Assembly: GCF_047607185.1 (NCBI RefSeq)
Contig: NZ_JASGDQ010000086.1
Span: 28,478-92,477, forward strand
Source of the DNA: Nocardioides sp.
Lineage (GTDB): Bacteria > Actinomycetota > Actinomycetes > Propionibacteriales > Nocardioidaceae
Direction of reading: 5' to 3'
DNA: 64,000 nucleotides
The position numbers were made by a program, and so were the translations under genes. The notes under the pieces are model-generated. The model was not told the origin of the DNA, made no database searches, and worked only from the letters and a program-made list of their open reading frames with translations. Below, one piece after another: positions 41,741 through 50,508 of the stretch. Each line of letters starts with the position of its first letter. Position 1 is the first letter of the stretch.

Positions 41741-42766
41741 TCAGGGTGCGGGGCTCTGAGGTGGGCTCTGAGGTGGGCCCTGCGGCGGTGGCGCCGTAGC
41801 GAGGTACGCCGCGGTGACCCGGTCGGTGACCAGCACGTCGACCCAGCCGCCGCGCAGCGCGGCCTCGATCGGCCGGTGCTTCTCGACTCCCCCGGCCACC
41901 ACGATCCGGCGCCGGGCCCGGCCGATATTGGCCAGCGTGCAGCCGACGACCAGGTCGTCCAGCGGCGTGAGGACCGCCGCGCCGCTGGCGTCCAGGAAGC
42001 GCTGGTCGAGCTGGCCGACCGCGCCGTCGGCCCGGGCCTGGGCGAGTTGGTCGTCGGTGAAGTAGCTCTCGCCCGGCTCCAGGCCGCTGTGCACCGCCGC
42101 CGGGCCGACCCCGACGAAGGCGACGTCGACCTGGTCGAGCAGGCCGAGCGCGCGTCGTACATGGGGGTCGGCCAGCACCGCGGCGCGGATCTCGGGCGTC
42201 GAGGTGACGCCCGGGGTTCGCAGGAAGACGGCGTCGGCGCCGAGCGCGCGCGCCATCGCCCGCGTCGACCGCGCGGCCGCATGCTGGAGCAGCGGCGAGC
42301 CCAGGTCGCCGATCATCTCCACGACGTACCTCGTCGTGGGCCGGCCGGCGAACCTGACCACGCCGGCCATCTCCTGCAGGGTCCGGCTCCACGAGGTGTA
42401 GCCGACGATCTCGGCGCTCAGCCCGGCCTCGCCCAGGTAGCGGGCGGCGGCACGGCCGAGCCCGGCGGCGGGGTCGACCACCGCCGGATCGAGGTCGACG
42501 ACATGGACCTCGGCAAGGTCGTAGCGGCGCTCGAGCTCCTCCTCGAGCTCGGGATCGAGCCCGTCGGGCACGGCGATGACGGTCGTGACCAGCCCCTGCC
42601 GCTCAGCCTGCTGCAGCACCCGCGAGACCCGCGCCTGCGAGATGCCGAGGCGAGCGCCGATGTCGCGCTGGCGCAGCCCGTGGACGTGGTAGAGCCGGGC
42701 GGCGGCGACCATGAGCCGGACCAGGTCGGGATCGGAAGGTCGCGGCGCCGGCGTGGTGGCTGCCAT
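41741..42766 (-). CDS. SorC/DeoR/LsrR-family regulator (copy 2)
   Basis: Same architecture as copy 1 (ARLYH, SRV, TSWSRTL, VFLRTPGV, GWVDVLVTD). Confidence 0.93.
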   Translation of the reverse strand: MAATTPAPRPSDPDLVRLMVAAARLYHVHGLRQRDIGARLGISQARVSRVLQQAERQGLVTTVIAVPDGLDPELEEELERRYDLAEVHVVDLDPAVVDPAAGLGRAAARYLGEAGLSAEIVGYTSWSRTLQEMAGVVRFAGRPTTRYVVEMIGDLGSPLLQHAAARSTRAMARALGADAVFLRTPGVTSTPEIRAAVLADPHVRRALGLLDQVDVAFVGVGPAAVHSGLEPGESYFTDDQLAQARADGAVGQLDQRFLDASGAAVLTPLDDLVVGCTLANIGRARRRIVVAGGVEKHRPIEAALRGGWVDVLVTDRVTAAYLATAPPPQGPPQSPPQSPAP

Positions 42767-42767
42767 G

Positions 42768-43568
42768 TCAGGCCACCGCCGAGGCGAGAAGCTCGTCGAT
42801 CCGGTGCAGCACCCAGGTCGGTCGCCGCCGCGCGGGCAGCGCGGCCACCATCTCCTCGGTGCTCTCCCCCGTCAGCACGAGCGCGGAGTCCAGGCCGGCG
42901 TCCACCGCCATGGCGATGTCGGTGTAGAGCCGGTCGCCCACCATCACACACTCGGCCGCGTCGAGACCGACGACCCGCAGCGCGGTCTCCAGCATCAGCG
43001 GCGACGGCTTCCCGACGTTGGCCTCGCAGCGCACGCCGGTGCTCGCCTCGATGGCCGCGATCACCGCCGCCGCGTCGGGCTCGCCGCGACCGCCCGGGAA
43101 TGGGCAGTAGGCGTCGGGGTTGGTGGCCACCAGCCGGGCCCGGCCATGCTGCCAGAGCGCGTCGAAGGCGATCTGGAGCTTGCGGTAGTCGAAGCCGCGG
43201 TCGTAGCTGGCCACGACGATGTCGATCTCCTCGGGCCGCTCGCTCAGCCGGAGGCCGGCGGCCTCGATGGCGCGGGCCAGCGGCGGCTCGCCGATCACGA
43301 ACACGGCGGCGTCCGGGGCCTCGGCGCGCAGCCAGGCGGCCATCGTCACGACCGGGTTCACGATGTGCGTCGTCGGGGTCGGCAGGCCGAGACCGGAGAG
43401 CTTCTCGGCGTACATCCGCGGGTCGCGGGTCGGGTTGTTGGACAAGAAGAGCGTCTCGCGGCCCTGCTCGCGCAGCGTGTGGACCAGCTCGTAGGCGCCC
43501 GGCAGCAGCTCGTCGCCCAGGTAGATGGTGCCGTCGAGGTCGAAGAGATAGCCCTGGTAGCCCCTCAC
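42768..43568 (-). CDS. HAD-IIA phosphatase (NagD/AraL-like)
   Basis: FDLDGT, LSNN, ATNPD, GKP, MVGDRLYTD; GTG start overlaps the kinase stop. Confidence 0.92.
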   Translation of the reverse strand: MRGYQGYLFDLDGTIYLGDELLPGAYELVHTLREQGRETLFLSNNPTRDPRMYAEKLSGLGLPTPTTHIVNPVVTMAAWLRAEAPDAAVFVIGEPPLARAIEAAGLRLSERPEEIDIVVASYDRGFDYRKLQIAFDALWQHGRARLVATNPDAYCPFPGGRGEPDAAAVIAAIEASTGVRCEANVGKPSPLMLETALRVVGLDAAECVMVGDRLYTDIAMAVDAGLDSALVLTGESTEEMVAALPARRRPTWVLHRIDELLASAVA

Positions 43569-45076
43569 GAGGTCACCTCCGCGAGCCGGGCGAACAGGGC
43601 GCGGTTGGCGGGGTAGATGTCGCGATAGACGTCGTAGAGCCGGTCGTAGGTCGCGGCGGCCGGCGCGCCGGGGTCGAACCACGCGCCCGACCCGCTCATC
43701 GCCGCGACCGCGGCGGGGATCGAGTCGTGGACGCCGACCGCGGCCGCGGCAAGGATGCCCGCGCCGAGGCAGGTGCTCTCGGGCTCGCGGACGATGTCGA
43801 CCCGGCGATGCATCACGTCGGCGATGATCTGGCACCAGACCGCGCTCCGCGCGCCGCCGCCCAGCACCACGATGTCGTCGATCGCGGTGCCCAGGGCCGC
43901 CTCCGTGCCCGAGGTGAGGAAGCGCTGCTCGAGCGCGATGCCCTCCAAGAGCGCACGGTAGACGTGCGCCTTGCCGTGGATGCCCGAGAGCCCGAGCAGC
44001 ACGCCGCGAGCGCTGTGGTCCCAATAGGGGGTGAGCGCGCCCGTCCAGTAGGGCAGCGCCAGCAGGCCCTCGGCGCCGGGCGGCAGGTTGGCCGCGGCGG
44101 TCTCCAGCACCTGCTCGGGGGTGAGGTCGAGACCGAGCACCCGGGAGTCGACACCGGAGAACTTCTCGACGAACCAGCTCAGGTTGAAGGTGCCGCCGCC
44201 GATGAAGGTCTCCAGCGTGTACGCCGCGGGGATCGCCGAGGCCAGGGTGCGGAACTCACGGCCGAAGGCGTAGCCGTCGCTGTGGGTGCCCGAGACGATG
44301 CCGGAGCCGAGGTTGAGATAGGCCCGGCCGGTGGTGGTCACCCCCGAGCCGAGCTGGGCGCACTGGCCGTCGCCGGCGCCGGCGACCACGGGAAGCCCCG
44401 CCGGCAGGCCGAGGTCACGGGCGACGTCGTCGGTGACGGTGCCGAGGATGCTGCCGGGCGGGCACAGCTCGCTGAACTGGTCGCGGCCCAGCCCGGCCTC
44501 GGCGAGGAGGCCGTCGTCGTAGTCGAAGGTGGCCATGTCGACGACGCCCAGCGGATCCGCGCTGGCCCAGGACGTCACCCACGCTCCGGTCAGCCGGTGG
44601 ACCAGGAAGCCGTGCACGTCGACGACCTTGCCGGTGCGGGCGATCGTCTCGGGTTCGTGGGCGGCGAGCCAGAGCAGCTTGTACCAGGCCGGCGTGGTGT
44701 TCGCGGGCTTGCCGGTGATCCGGTGGACCTCGTCGGTGCCGTGCTTGCGCACCTCCTCGGTGGCCCGGGTGTCGAGCCAGAGCATCGCCGGCCGCAACGG
44801 CTTGCCGGCCGGGTCGAGGCAGACGAAGGACTCCCGCTGATGGGTCAGGCAGATGGCGCGCAGCCGCGAGGTGTCGACGGTCTGCACCGCCCGGCGGATC
44901 GCCGTACAGGCCGCGGCCCACCAGTCCTCGGCGTTCTGCTCGCCCCAGCCGGGTCGCGGCTGGGCCAGCTCGAAGGCGCGGCGGTCCTGGGACTGGACCT
45001 CGCCCACCGCGTTCCACACGACGGCCTTCGCGGCCGTGGTGGAGCAGTCGACGCCGATCACGTAGTCCTCGGTCAT
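43565..45076 (-). CDS. FGGY carbohydrate kinase (xylulokinase-like)
   Basis: IGVDCSTT, HQRE, WLD, GAGDGQ, LPYWTG, LLEG, LGGG. Confidence 0.92.
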   Translation of the reverse strand: MTEDYVIGVDCSTTAAKAVVWNAVGEVQSQDRRAFELAQPRPGWGEQNAEDWWAAACTAIRRAVQTVDTSRLRAICLTHQRESFVCLDPAGKPLRPAMLWLDTRATEEVRKHGTDEVHRITGKPANTTPAWYKLLWLAAHEPETIARTGKVVDVHGFLVHRLTGAWVTSWASADPLGVVDMATFDYDDGLLAEAGLGRDQFSELCPPGSILGTVTDDVARDLGLPAGLPVVAGAGDGQCAQLGSGVTTTGRAYLNLGSGIVSGTHSDGYAFGREFRTLASAIPAAYTLETFIGGGTFNLSWFVEKFSGVDSRVLGLDLTPEQVLETAAANLPPGAEGLLALPYWTGALTPYWDHSARGVLLGLSGIHGKAHVYRALLEGIALEQRFLTSGTEAALGTAIDDIVVLGGGARSAVWCQIIADVMHRRVDIVREPESTCLGAGILAAAAVGVHDSIPAAVAAMSGSGAWFDPGAPAAATYDRLYDVYRDIYPANRALFARLAEVTS

Positions 45077-46536
45077 CGGGTTGCCTCCGCCGGCTCGGCA
45101 GCGGCCCGGGCGACCGCCTGGGCGGCCCGCGCCAGCACCTCGTCGACGTCCGCGTCGCGCCACCAGCCCAGCAGCATGAGCAGGTCCACCACAGTGACCC
45201 GGTTGCGCATCAGGGCGCAGTTGGCGACGGCCCAGCGCCACAGCTCGGCCGGGACCCGCGGGTCGAGCTCGTCGGGGGTGGCCGGGGCGCCGGCGGCGAG
45301 CAGGCCAGCGGCGATCTCGGCGCTGGGTCGCACCAGCCGACGCAGGCCGGGCTCGTGGGTCGGCCAGCCGGCCAGCAGGCCAGCCAGGCTGGTCGAGGCC
45401 CGCAGCGCGCCGAGCTTGCGCGCGTAGTCGCGCCAGCACTCGGCGGCGATGCCCTCGCCGAGGCCGGCGAACGCCTCCTCGACGCGGCGACGGGCCTGGT
45501 CGGCATCGCAGGCGGCGGCCTCGACACGGGCACCGGGACGCGCCGCCAGCCGTTCGAAGAGCAGCTCCCAGGCGGCTGCCGCCACGACCGCCGCGGCACC
45601 GACCTGGGCGCCGTGCAGGCCCATCGGCTGATGGTGGGCGGTGTGGTGCTGGTCGAGCATGTGGCTGACCAGATGCTCCACGCCCGAGAGCACTGCGGTG
45701 GTGCCGGAGACGCCGGTAACCACACCGCGCAGCGCGAGCGCCTTGGTGAGCGCGGCGACCGAGTCGGGATCCCCGGCCCGTACGCCGGGCGCCCAGGTCG
45801 TCAGGTCCTCGCCGACCATGCCCAGCAGCCGGATCGGGCCCTCGTGGAAGGTCGGATCGGTGCCGGCCAGCGAGGCGAGCCGCCAGTCGGCCGGTGCGGT
45901 CAGCATCGAGGTCATCTCGCCGAAGCCGGCCCGGTTCATCCGCGAAGGCGCCTGCGCGATGGTCTCCGAGTCGGCGACGACCGCGTCCGGCCAGCGCGCG
46001 GGGACGGTGCGCTTGACGCCGTCGCGCAGCAGCACCGAGACGTCGTCGGTGAAGCCGTCGACCGAGGCGGCCGTCTGCACGGTCACCACCACGGGCGGCT
46101 CCGCGCAGCCGGCCGCGGCCAGCTTGCCGATATCGCTGATGGTGCCGCCGCCGAGGGCGACCACCGCCGCAGCGCCGGTGCAGGCCTCGGTCGCCTGCCG
46201 GACCACGTCGTCGACGACGTGGAGCTCGGGGTGGCCGTCGTCGAGCACCACTCGCCGCACGTCGTACCGCTCGGCGAGCCGGTCCTCGACCAGCTGCTTG
46301 ACATCGACGCCGAGGCGCGTCATCGGCACCGGGTCGATCAGCAGGGTGACCGTGGCTGGCTGGTGGGCGGACCCGTCGCCGCCCACCAGCAGCTCGGCCA
46401 CGGTGTCCGCGACCGTCTCGATCGCGCCGGAGCCCAGGACGAGGCGTCGCAGCCCGCAGGCGGCGAGCCGCCCCTCGGGGTCGACCTGTGCGAGCAGGTC
46501 GCCGACCGGATAGACCTCGTGCGTCGGCACGATCAC
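45073..46536 (-). CDS. sn-glycerol-1-phosphate dehydrogenase (AraM/EgsA)-like polyol-phosphate dehydrogenase
   Basis: GGGTISDIGK, TAASVDG, SGVEHLVSH, LHGAQVG (dehydroquinate-synthase-like fold metal ligands). Confidence 0.85.
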   Translation of the reverse strand: MIVPTHEVYPVGDLLAQVDPEGRLAACGLRRLVLGSGAIETVADTVAELLVGGDGSAHQPATVTLLIDPVPMTRLGVDVKQLVEDRLAERYDVRRVVLDDGHPELHVVDDVVRQATEACTGAAAVVALGGGTISDIGKLAAAGCAEPPVVVTVQTAASVDGFTDDVSVLLRDGVKRTVPARWPDAVVADSETIAQAPSRMNRAGFGEMTSMLTAPADWRLASLAGTDPTFHEGPIRLLGMVGEDLTTWAPGVRAGDPDSVAALTKALALRGVVTGVSGTTAVLSGVEHLVSHMLDQHHTAHHQPMGLHGAQVGAAAVVAAAAWELLFERLAARPGARVEAAACDADQARRRVEEAFAGLGEGIAAECWRDYARKLGALRASTSLAGLLAGWPTHEPGLRRLVRPSAEIAAGLLAAGAPATPDELDPRVPAELWRWAVANCALMRNRVTVVDLLMLLGWWRDADVDEVLARAAQAVARAAAEPAEATR

Positions 46537-46572
46537 TCCTTCGGGTTCGTCAGACGAGTCGGTGACGGCTCG

Positions 46573-47658
46573 TCAGTGCGCTGCCTCGCGGGCGCGGCTG
46601 GCCCGGTCGGTGAGGACGGCGATGATGATCGCGATGCCGATGACCACGGGCTGGAGGTTCGGCGACACGTTGAGCAGCGACATCCCGTTGTTGAGCACGC
46701 CGATGATCAGCAGGCCGATGAAGGTGTTGAGCATGCTGCCCGAGCCGCCCGACAGGCTGGCGCCGCCGATGACGACGACCGCGATGACGTTGAGCAGGTC
46801 CCCGGTGCCGGCGGTCGGCTGCGCGGAGTCGAGCCGGGAGCCGACCACGCTGCCCGCGAGCGCGGCCAGCACGCCTGCCACGACGTAGACGCCGATCTTG
46901 ATCCGGGTGACGTTCAGGCCGGACAGCCGGGCCACCTCGGCGTTGCCGCCCACGGCGTACAGCGCGCGGCCGCTGGGCCGGTAGCGCAGCCAGAAGGCGG
47001 CGATGACGTAGCTGGCCACGAGCAGGAAGACGTCGAGCGGGATGCTGAGGATCTCCTTGCTGGTGATCGCGAGATACCAGTTCGGGAAGCCGTTGATCGG
47101 GTTGCCGTCGGTCAGGTAGAGCGCGAGGCCGGCAGCCGCGGACATGGTCGCCAGGGTGGCGACGAAGGGCTGGATCCGGCCGTACGTCGAGAGCACGCCG
47201 TTGACGAGGCCGACCAGCGCGCCGACCAGCAGGCCGGCCAGGACGCACAGGGTGAACGGGAGGTCGTGGGAGCGGTAGAGCCAGGCGCTGGTCATCAGCG
47301 AGAGCGCCAGCGTGGAGCCGACCGAGAGGTCGATGCCGCCGATGAGGATGACCAGGGCGGCGCCGACCGCCATGATCCCGATGTCGGCGTTCTGGCTCAC
47401 GATATTGGTGAGGTTCTGCCGGGTGAGGAAGTAGGGCGAGAGGAACGACAACACGATCATCACCACGACCAAGCCGACCAGCGGGCCGGGCAGCGCCCGG
47501 AAGATGGCCAACGCACTCGCCCGGGCGCCGTGGCCGCCGGGCTTGGCCGGCCCGGCGACGGTGTCAGTGCCGTTCTCGGTGCCGTTCTCGGTGCTCTGCG
47601 TCATGTCGATCGACCTCGTGGTGTTGCCGCCCGACGAGGCGGCCTGGTTCGTGGACAT
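46573..47658 (-). CDS. Sugar ABC transporter permease (RbsC-type)
   Basis: GGIDLSVG, PFVATL, GGNAEVARLSG, IAVVVIGGASLSGG. Confidence 0.95.
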   Translation of the reverse strand: MSTNQAASSGGNTTRSIDMTQSTENGTENGTDTVAGPAKPGGHGARASALAIFRALPGPLVGLVVVMIVLSFLSPYFLTRQNLTNIVSQNADIGIMAVGAALVILIGGIDLSVGSTLALSLMTSAWLYRSHDLPFTLCVLAGLLVGALVGLVNGVLSTYGRIQPFVATLATMSAAAGLALYLTDGNPINGFPNWYLAITSKEILSIPLDVFLLVASYVIAAFWLRYRPSGRALYAVGGNAEVARLSGLNVTRIKIGVYVVAGVLAALAGSVVGSRLDSAQPTAGTGDLLNVIAVVVIGGASLSGGSGSMLNTFIGLLIIGVLNNGMSLLNVSPNLQPVVIGIAIIIAVLTDRASRAREAAH

Positions 47659-47661
47659 CGG

Positions 47662-49224
47662 TCACCTTCCAGTGGCGGGTGTTGTGAGTCGGTCGCCGTC
47701 CACCGCGCTAGGCGGGGTCGACTCGTCGGTGGCCGCGGGAACGGCGAGGGCCATCACCCGCTGCGGCGTGGCCTCGTCGCGGCGGAGGATGCCGCGCTGG
47801 CGTCCCCCCGACATGACCAGCACGCGGTGGGAGAGCCCGAGGACCTCCTCGAGCTCGGAGGAGACGACCACGATCGCGATGCCCTGGTCCGCGAGCGAGC
47901 GCAGGAGCTCGTAGATCGCCATCTTCGCGCCGACGTCGACGCCTCGGGTGGGCTCGTCGACGATGAGCACCTTCGGGGTGTTGATCAGCCACTTGCCGAT
48001 CAGCACCTTCTGCTGGTTGCCGCCGGACATGGAGCGGACCGGCAGCGACATGTCGCCGCGGATGTCGAGGCGGGCGCGCTGCTCGGCGGCGATCCGCTTG
48101 ATCGTGCGCGGGGCGAGCACTCCGGCGGTCGTCAGGGTCGGCTCCCAGGGCAGCACCAGGTTGTCAGCGGCCGATCGCTCCAGGTGCAACCCCTGGCCCT
48201 TGCGGTCCTCCGGCACCAGCACGACCCCGGCGTCGATCGAGGAGCGCGGGCTGGTGCACGGGATGCGGTTGCCGTCGACCCGGACCTCGCCCGCGTCGGG
48301 CCGGTCCAGGCCGGCGATCGCCCGGACCACCTCGGTCCGGCCGGCACCGACCAGTCCGGCGATGCCGAGGACCTCGCCGCTGGCGACCTCGAAGTCGATG
48401 CCCTCGAAGGCGCCCTTGCGGCCCAGGCCGCGGACCGAGAGCACGGTCGTGTCGCGACTGGGTTTCGGGGCGCGGTGCTCGTAGGTGAACTCGCGGCCGA
48501 CCATGGCGTTGACCAGTTGCTCCTTGGGGACGTCGCGGTCCTGCCAGGAGGCGACCCGGGCACCGTCGCGCAGGCAGACGATCTCGTCGGAGACCTCGCG
48601 CACCTCGTCGAGCCGGTGGGAGATGTAGACGACGCCGGCGCCACGCTCGCGCAGGGCGCGGATCCGGTCGAGCACGTGGGCCGTCTCGGTCTCGCCCAGG
48701 GAGGCGGAGGGCTCGTCGAAGACGACATAGCGCGGCCGGCGGCTCAGCGCCTTGGCGATCTCGATCTCCTGCTGCACCGCCATCGAGAGCCCGCGGACCA
48801 GGCGGCGCGGATCGACGTCGACGCCGAGGGAGCCGAGCAGTTCGCGGGCGTCGCGGTTCATCTGCTCGCGGTCGATCCGGCCACGGCGGCGGGGCTGTCG
48901 GCCGAGGAAGATGTTCTCGGCGACCGAGAGGTCGGCCAGCAGCCGGATCTCCTGGTGGATCAGCACGACGCCCTCGCGCAGCGCCTCGGCGGGGCCGCCG
49001 GGGGCGTAGGGCGCGCCGTCGAGGGTCATCTGGCCGCCGTCGGGCTGGACGACGCCGGTGATCAGCGAGCTCAGCGTCGACTTCCCGGCGCCGTTCTCGC
49101 CGATCAGCCCGACGACCGTGCCAGGTGCGACGTCGAAGTCGACCGACTTCACGACGGTCACGCCGCTGTAGGACTTGACCAGGCCGCGGCAGTGCAGGCC
49201 CGGGTCCAGTGCTGGATCACTCAT
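47662..49224 (-). CDS. Sugar ABC transporter ATP-binding protein (RbsA-type, two domains)
   Basis: GENGAGKST, DEP, GLVGAG, PEDRK, MSGGNQQK, DEPTRGVDVGAK. Confidence 0.96.
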   Translation of the reverse strand: MSDPALDPGLHCRGLVKSYSGVTVVKSVDFDVAPGTVVGLIGENGAGKSTLSSLITGVVQPDGGQMTLDGAPYAPGGPAEALREGVVLIHQEIRLLADLSVAENIFLGRQPRRRGRIDREQMNRDARELLGSLGVDVDPRRLVRGLSMAVQQEIEIAKALSRRPRYVVFDEPSASLGETETAHVLDRIRALRERGAGVVYISHRLDEVREVSDEIVCLRDGARVASWQDRDVPKEQLVNAMVGREFTYEHRAPKPSRDTTVLSVRGLGRKGAFEGIDFEVASGEVLGIAGLVGAGRTEVVRAIAGLDRPDAGEVRVDGNRIPCTSPRSSIDAGVVLVPEDRKGQGLHLERSAADNLVLPWEPTLTTAGVLAPRTIKRIAAEQRARLDIRGDMSLPVRSMSGGNQQKVLIGKWLINTPKVLIVDEPTRGVDVGAKMAIYELLRSLADQGIAIVVVSSELEEVLGLSHRVLVMSGGRQRGILRRDEATPQRVMALAVPAATDESTPPSAVDGDRLTTPATGR

Positions 49225-49254
49225 GGTGCCCTCTCGGGAACGCGGGACCGGGGT

Positions 49255-49281
49255 GGGTGGCCGACCTGCCGCCGGCCACCC
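49255..49281 (-). terminator. Intercistronic stem-loop after the SBP gene
   Basis: GGGTGGCCG / CGGCCACCC 9-bp stem between SBP and ATPase genes. Confidence 0.5.
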
Positions 49282-49296
49282 AACCGGCCTGGGGTG

Positions 49297-50301
49297 TCAC
49301 TTGAAGGACTGGGCGTCCGGCCCGTAGAAGTCCTCGACCTTGTTCTCCTTGACCGTCTCCGCGTTGATCAGGACGGTGCTCTGGAGCTGTTCGGCGGGGA
49401 TGTCGTCACCCTCGCCGTTCATCAGCGCGATGGCGTTGCGCACCGCGAGCTGGCCCATCATGTAGGGCTGCTGGGCCATGGTCGCCTGGGTCAGGCCGCT
49501 GGCGACGGCGTCGAACATCGTCGGGAAGCCGTCGATGCCGACCGAGAAGATGTCCTTGTTGCTGGCCTGCGCGGCCTTGGAGGCGCCCATGGACATCGCG
49601 TCGCTCTCGCCGAACACGGCGGTCAGGTCGGGGTGAGCGGTCAGGATGTTCTGGGTCGCCTTGTAGGCCTCGGTCTCGTCCCAGTTGGCCGTCTCCTCGG
49701 CGACGACCTCGATGCCCGGGTTCTCGGCGATGGCCTTCTCACAGCCCTCGGTCCGCTGGATCTCCGCGGTGGAGCCCAGCACGCCGTGGAGGATGGCGAT
49801 CTCTCCCTGGCCACCGATCTGCTCGAACATCCAGGTGCACAGGTCGTAGGCCGCCTTCACGCTGTCGGTCGCGATATACGTCGCGAGCTCTCCCTGGCCC
49901 GACTCGGGCCGCTGGTCGACCGCGACGACCGGCACGTCGGCCTGGTTGGCGGCCTTGACGCCGGCGGCGGCCGCCGTGGAGTCCTGCGAGGTGAAGATGA
50001 GAGCGCCGACCTGCTGGGTGAGCAGGTCGTTGACCTGCTTGACCTGAGCCGAGGAGTCGTTGTTGGCCGAGGTGATCTTGACCTCGTAGCCCTGCTTCTC
50101 GGCCTCGTCCTTGATGCCGGCCACTTCGGCCACGTAGAACAACGACTTCTGATCGGCGACCGAGACACCGATGGTCTTCTTGCTGCCGCTGCTGCCGCCG
50201 CCGCCGGCGGAATCCTCCCCGCAGCCGGCCAGGGAGGTGGCGGCAAGGCCGAGGACGACCACCGCACCTGCAGCGGATAGGGCGGATGAACGATGAGCCA
50301 T
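49297..50301 (-). CDS. Sugar ABC transporter substrate-binding lipoprotein (RbsB-type)
   Basis: Lipobox LAGC, VPVVAVD, ANWD, ESDAM, GIDG, AQQP. Confidence 0.94.
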   Translation of the reverse strand: MAHRSSALSAAGAVVVLGLAATSLAGCGEDSAGGGGSSGSKKTIGVSVADQKSLFYVAEVAGIKDEAEKQGYEVKITSANNDSSAQVKQVNDLLTQQVGALIFTSQDSTAAAAGVKAANQADVPVVAVDQRPESGQGELATYIATDSVKAAYDLCTWMFEQIGGQGEIAILHGVLGSTAEIQRTEGCEKAIAENPGIEVVAEETANWDETEAYKATQNILTAHPDLTAVFGESDAMSMGASKAAQASNKDIFSVGIDGFPTMFDAVASGLTQATMAQQPYMMGQLAVRNAIALMNGEGDDIPAEQLQSTVLINAETVKENKVEDFYGPDAQSFK

Positions 50302-50345
50302 CGAGTCTCTCCTTATGTCACCTGATGACCGAATCACCGTCGGGA

Positions 50346-50361
50346 ATGAATTTTTATTCAT
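50346..50361. promoter_or_regulatory. Candidate SorC-family operator
   Basis: Perfect ATGAAT-TTTT-ATTCAT palindrome upstream of the ABC operon; related sites at 50437-50452 and 34004-34019. Confidence 0.55.
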
Positions 50362-50508
50362 GCCTTTAATGACGATGCTGATAGTTTGTGTCACCCGTCA
50401 CACCCGCGTCAAGGGTTTGGAAATTTCTTTCGATATACGAATGAATATTCGGAGACCGGGCGCGCTCGACGCGCTCCTCGCTGGGACCGACGGCCGCTCT
50501 GCGGAGGG

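Noticed and set aside
41633-50280. Very long plus-strand ORFs (1264 aa at 41633-45427, 1641 aa at 45355-50280) and similar ones (5011-7740, 27107-29746, 51315-54506)
   Set aside because: Antisense shadows of well-supported minus-strand genes; high-GC codon bias removes stops on the opposite strand, and the translations have no motifs.
41741-50301. Assignment as an AI-2 (lsr) uptake/catabolism operon
   Set aside because: LsrR-like regulator, FGGY kinase and ABC transporter are generic to sugar loci; no LsrF (class I fold) or LsrG is seen. Kept only as one substrate hypothesis.
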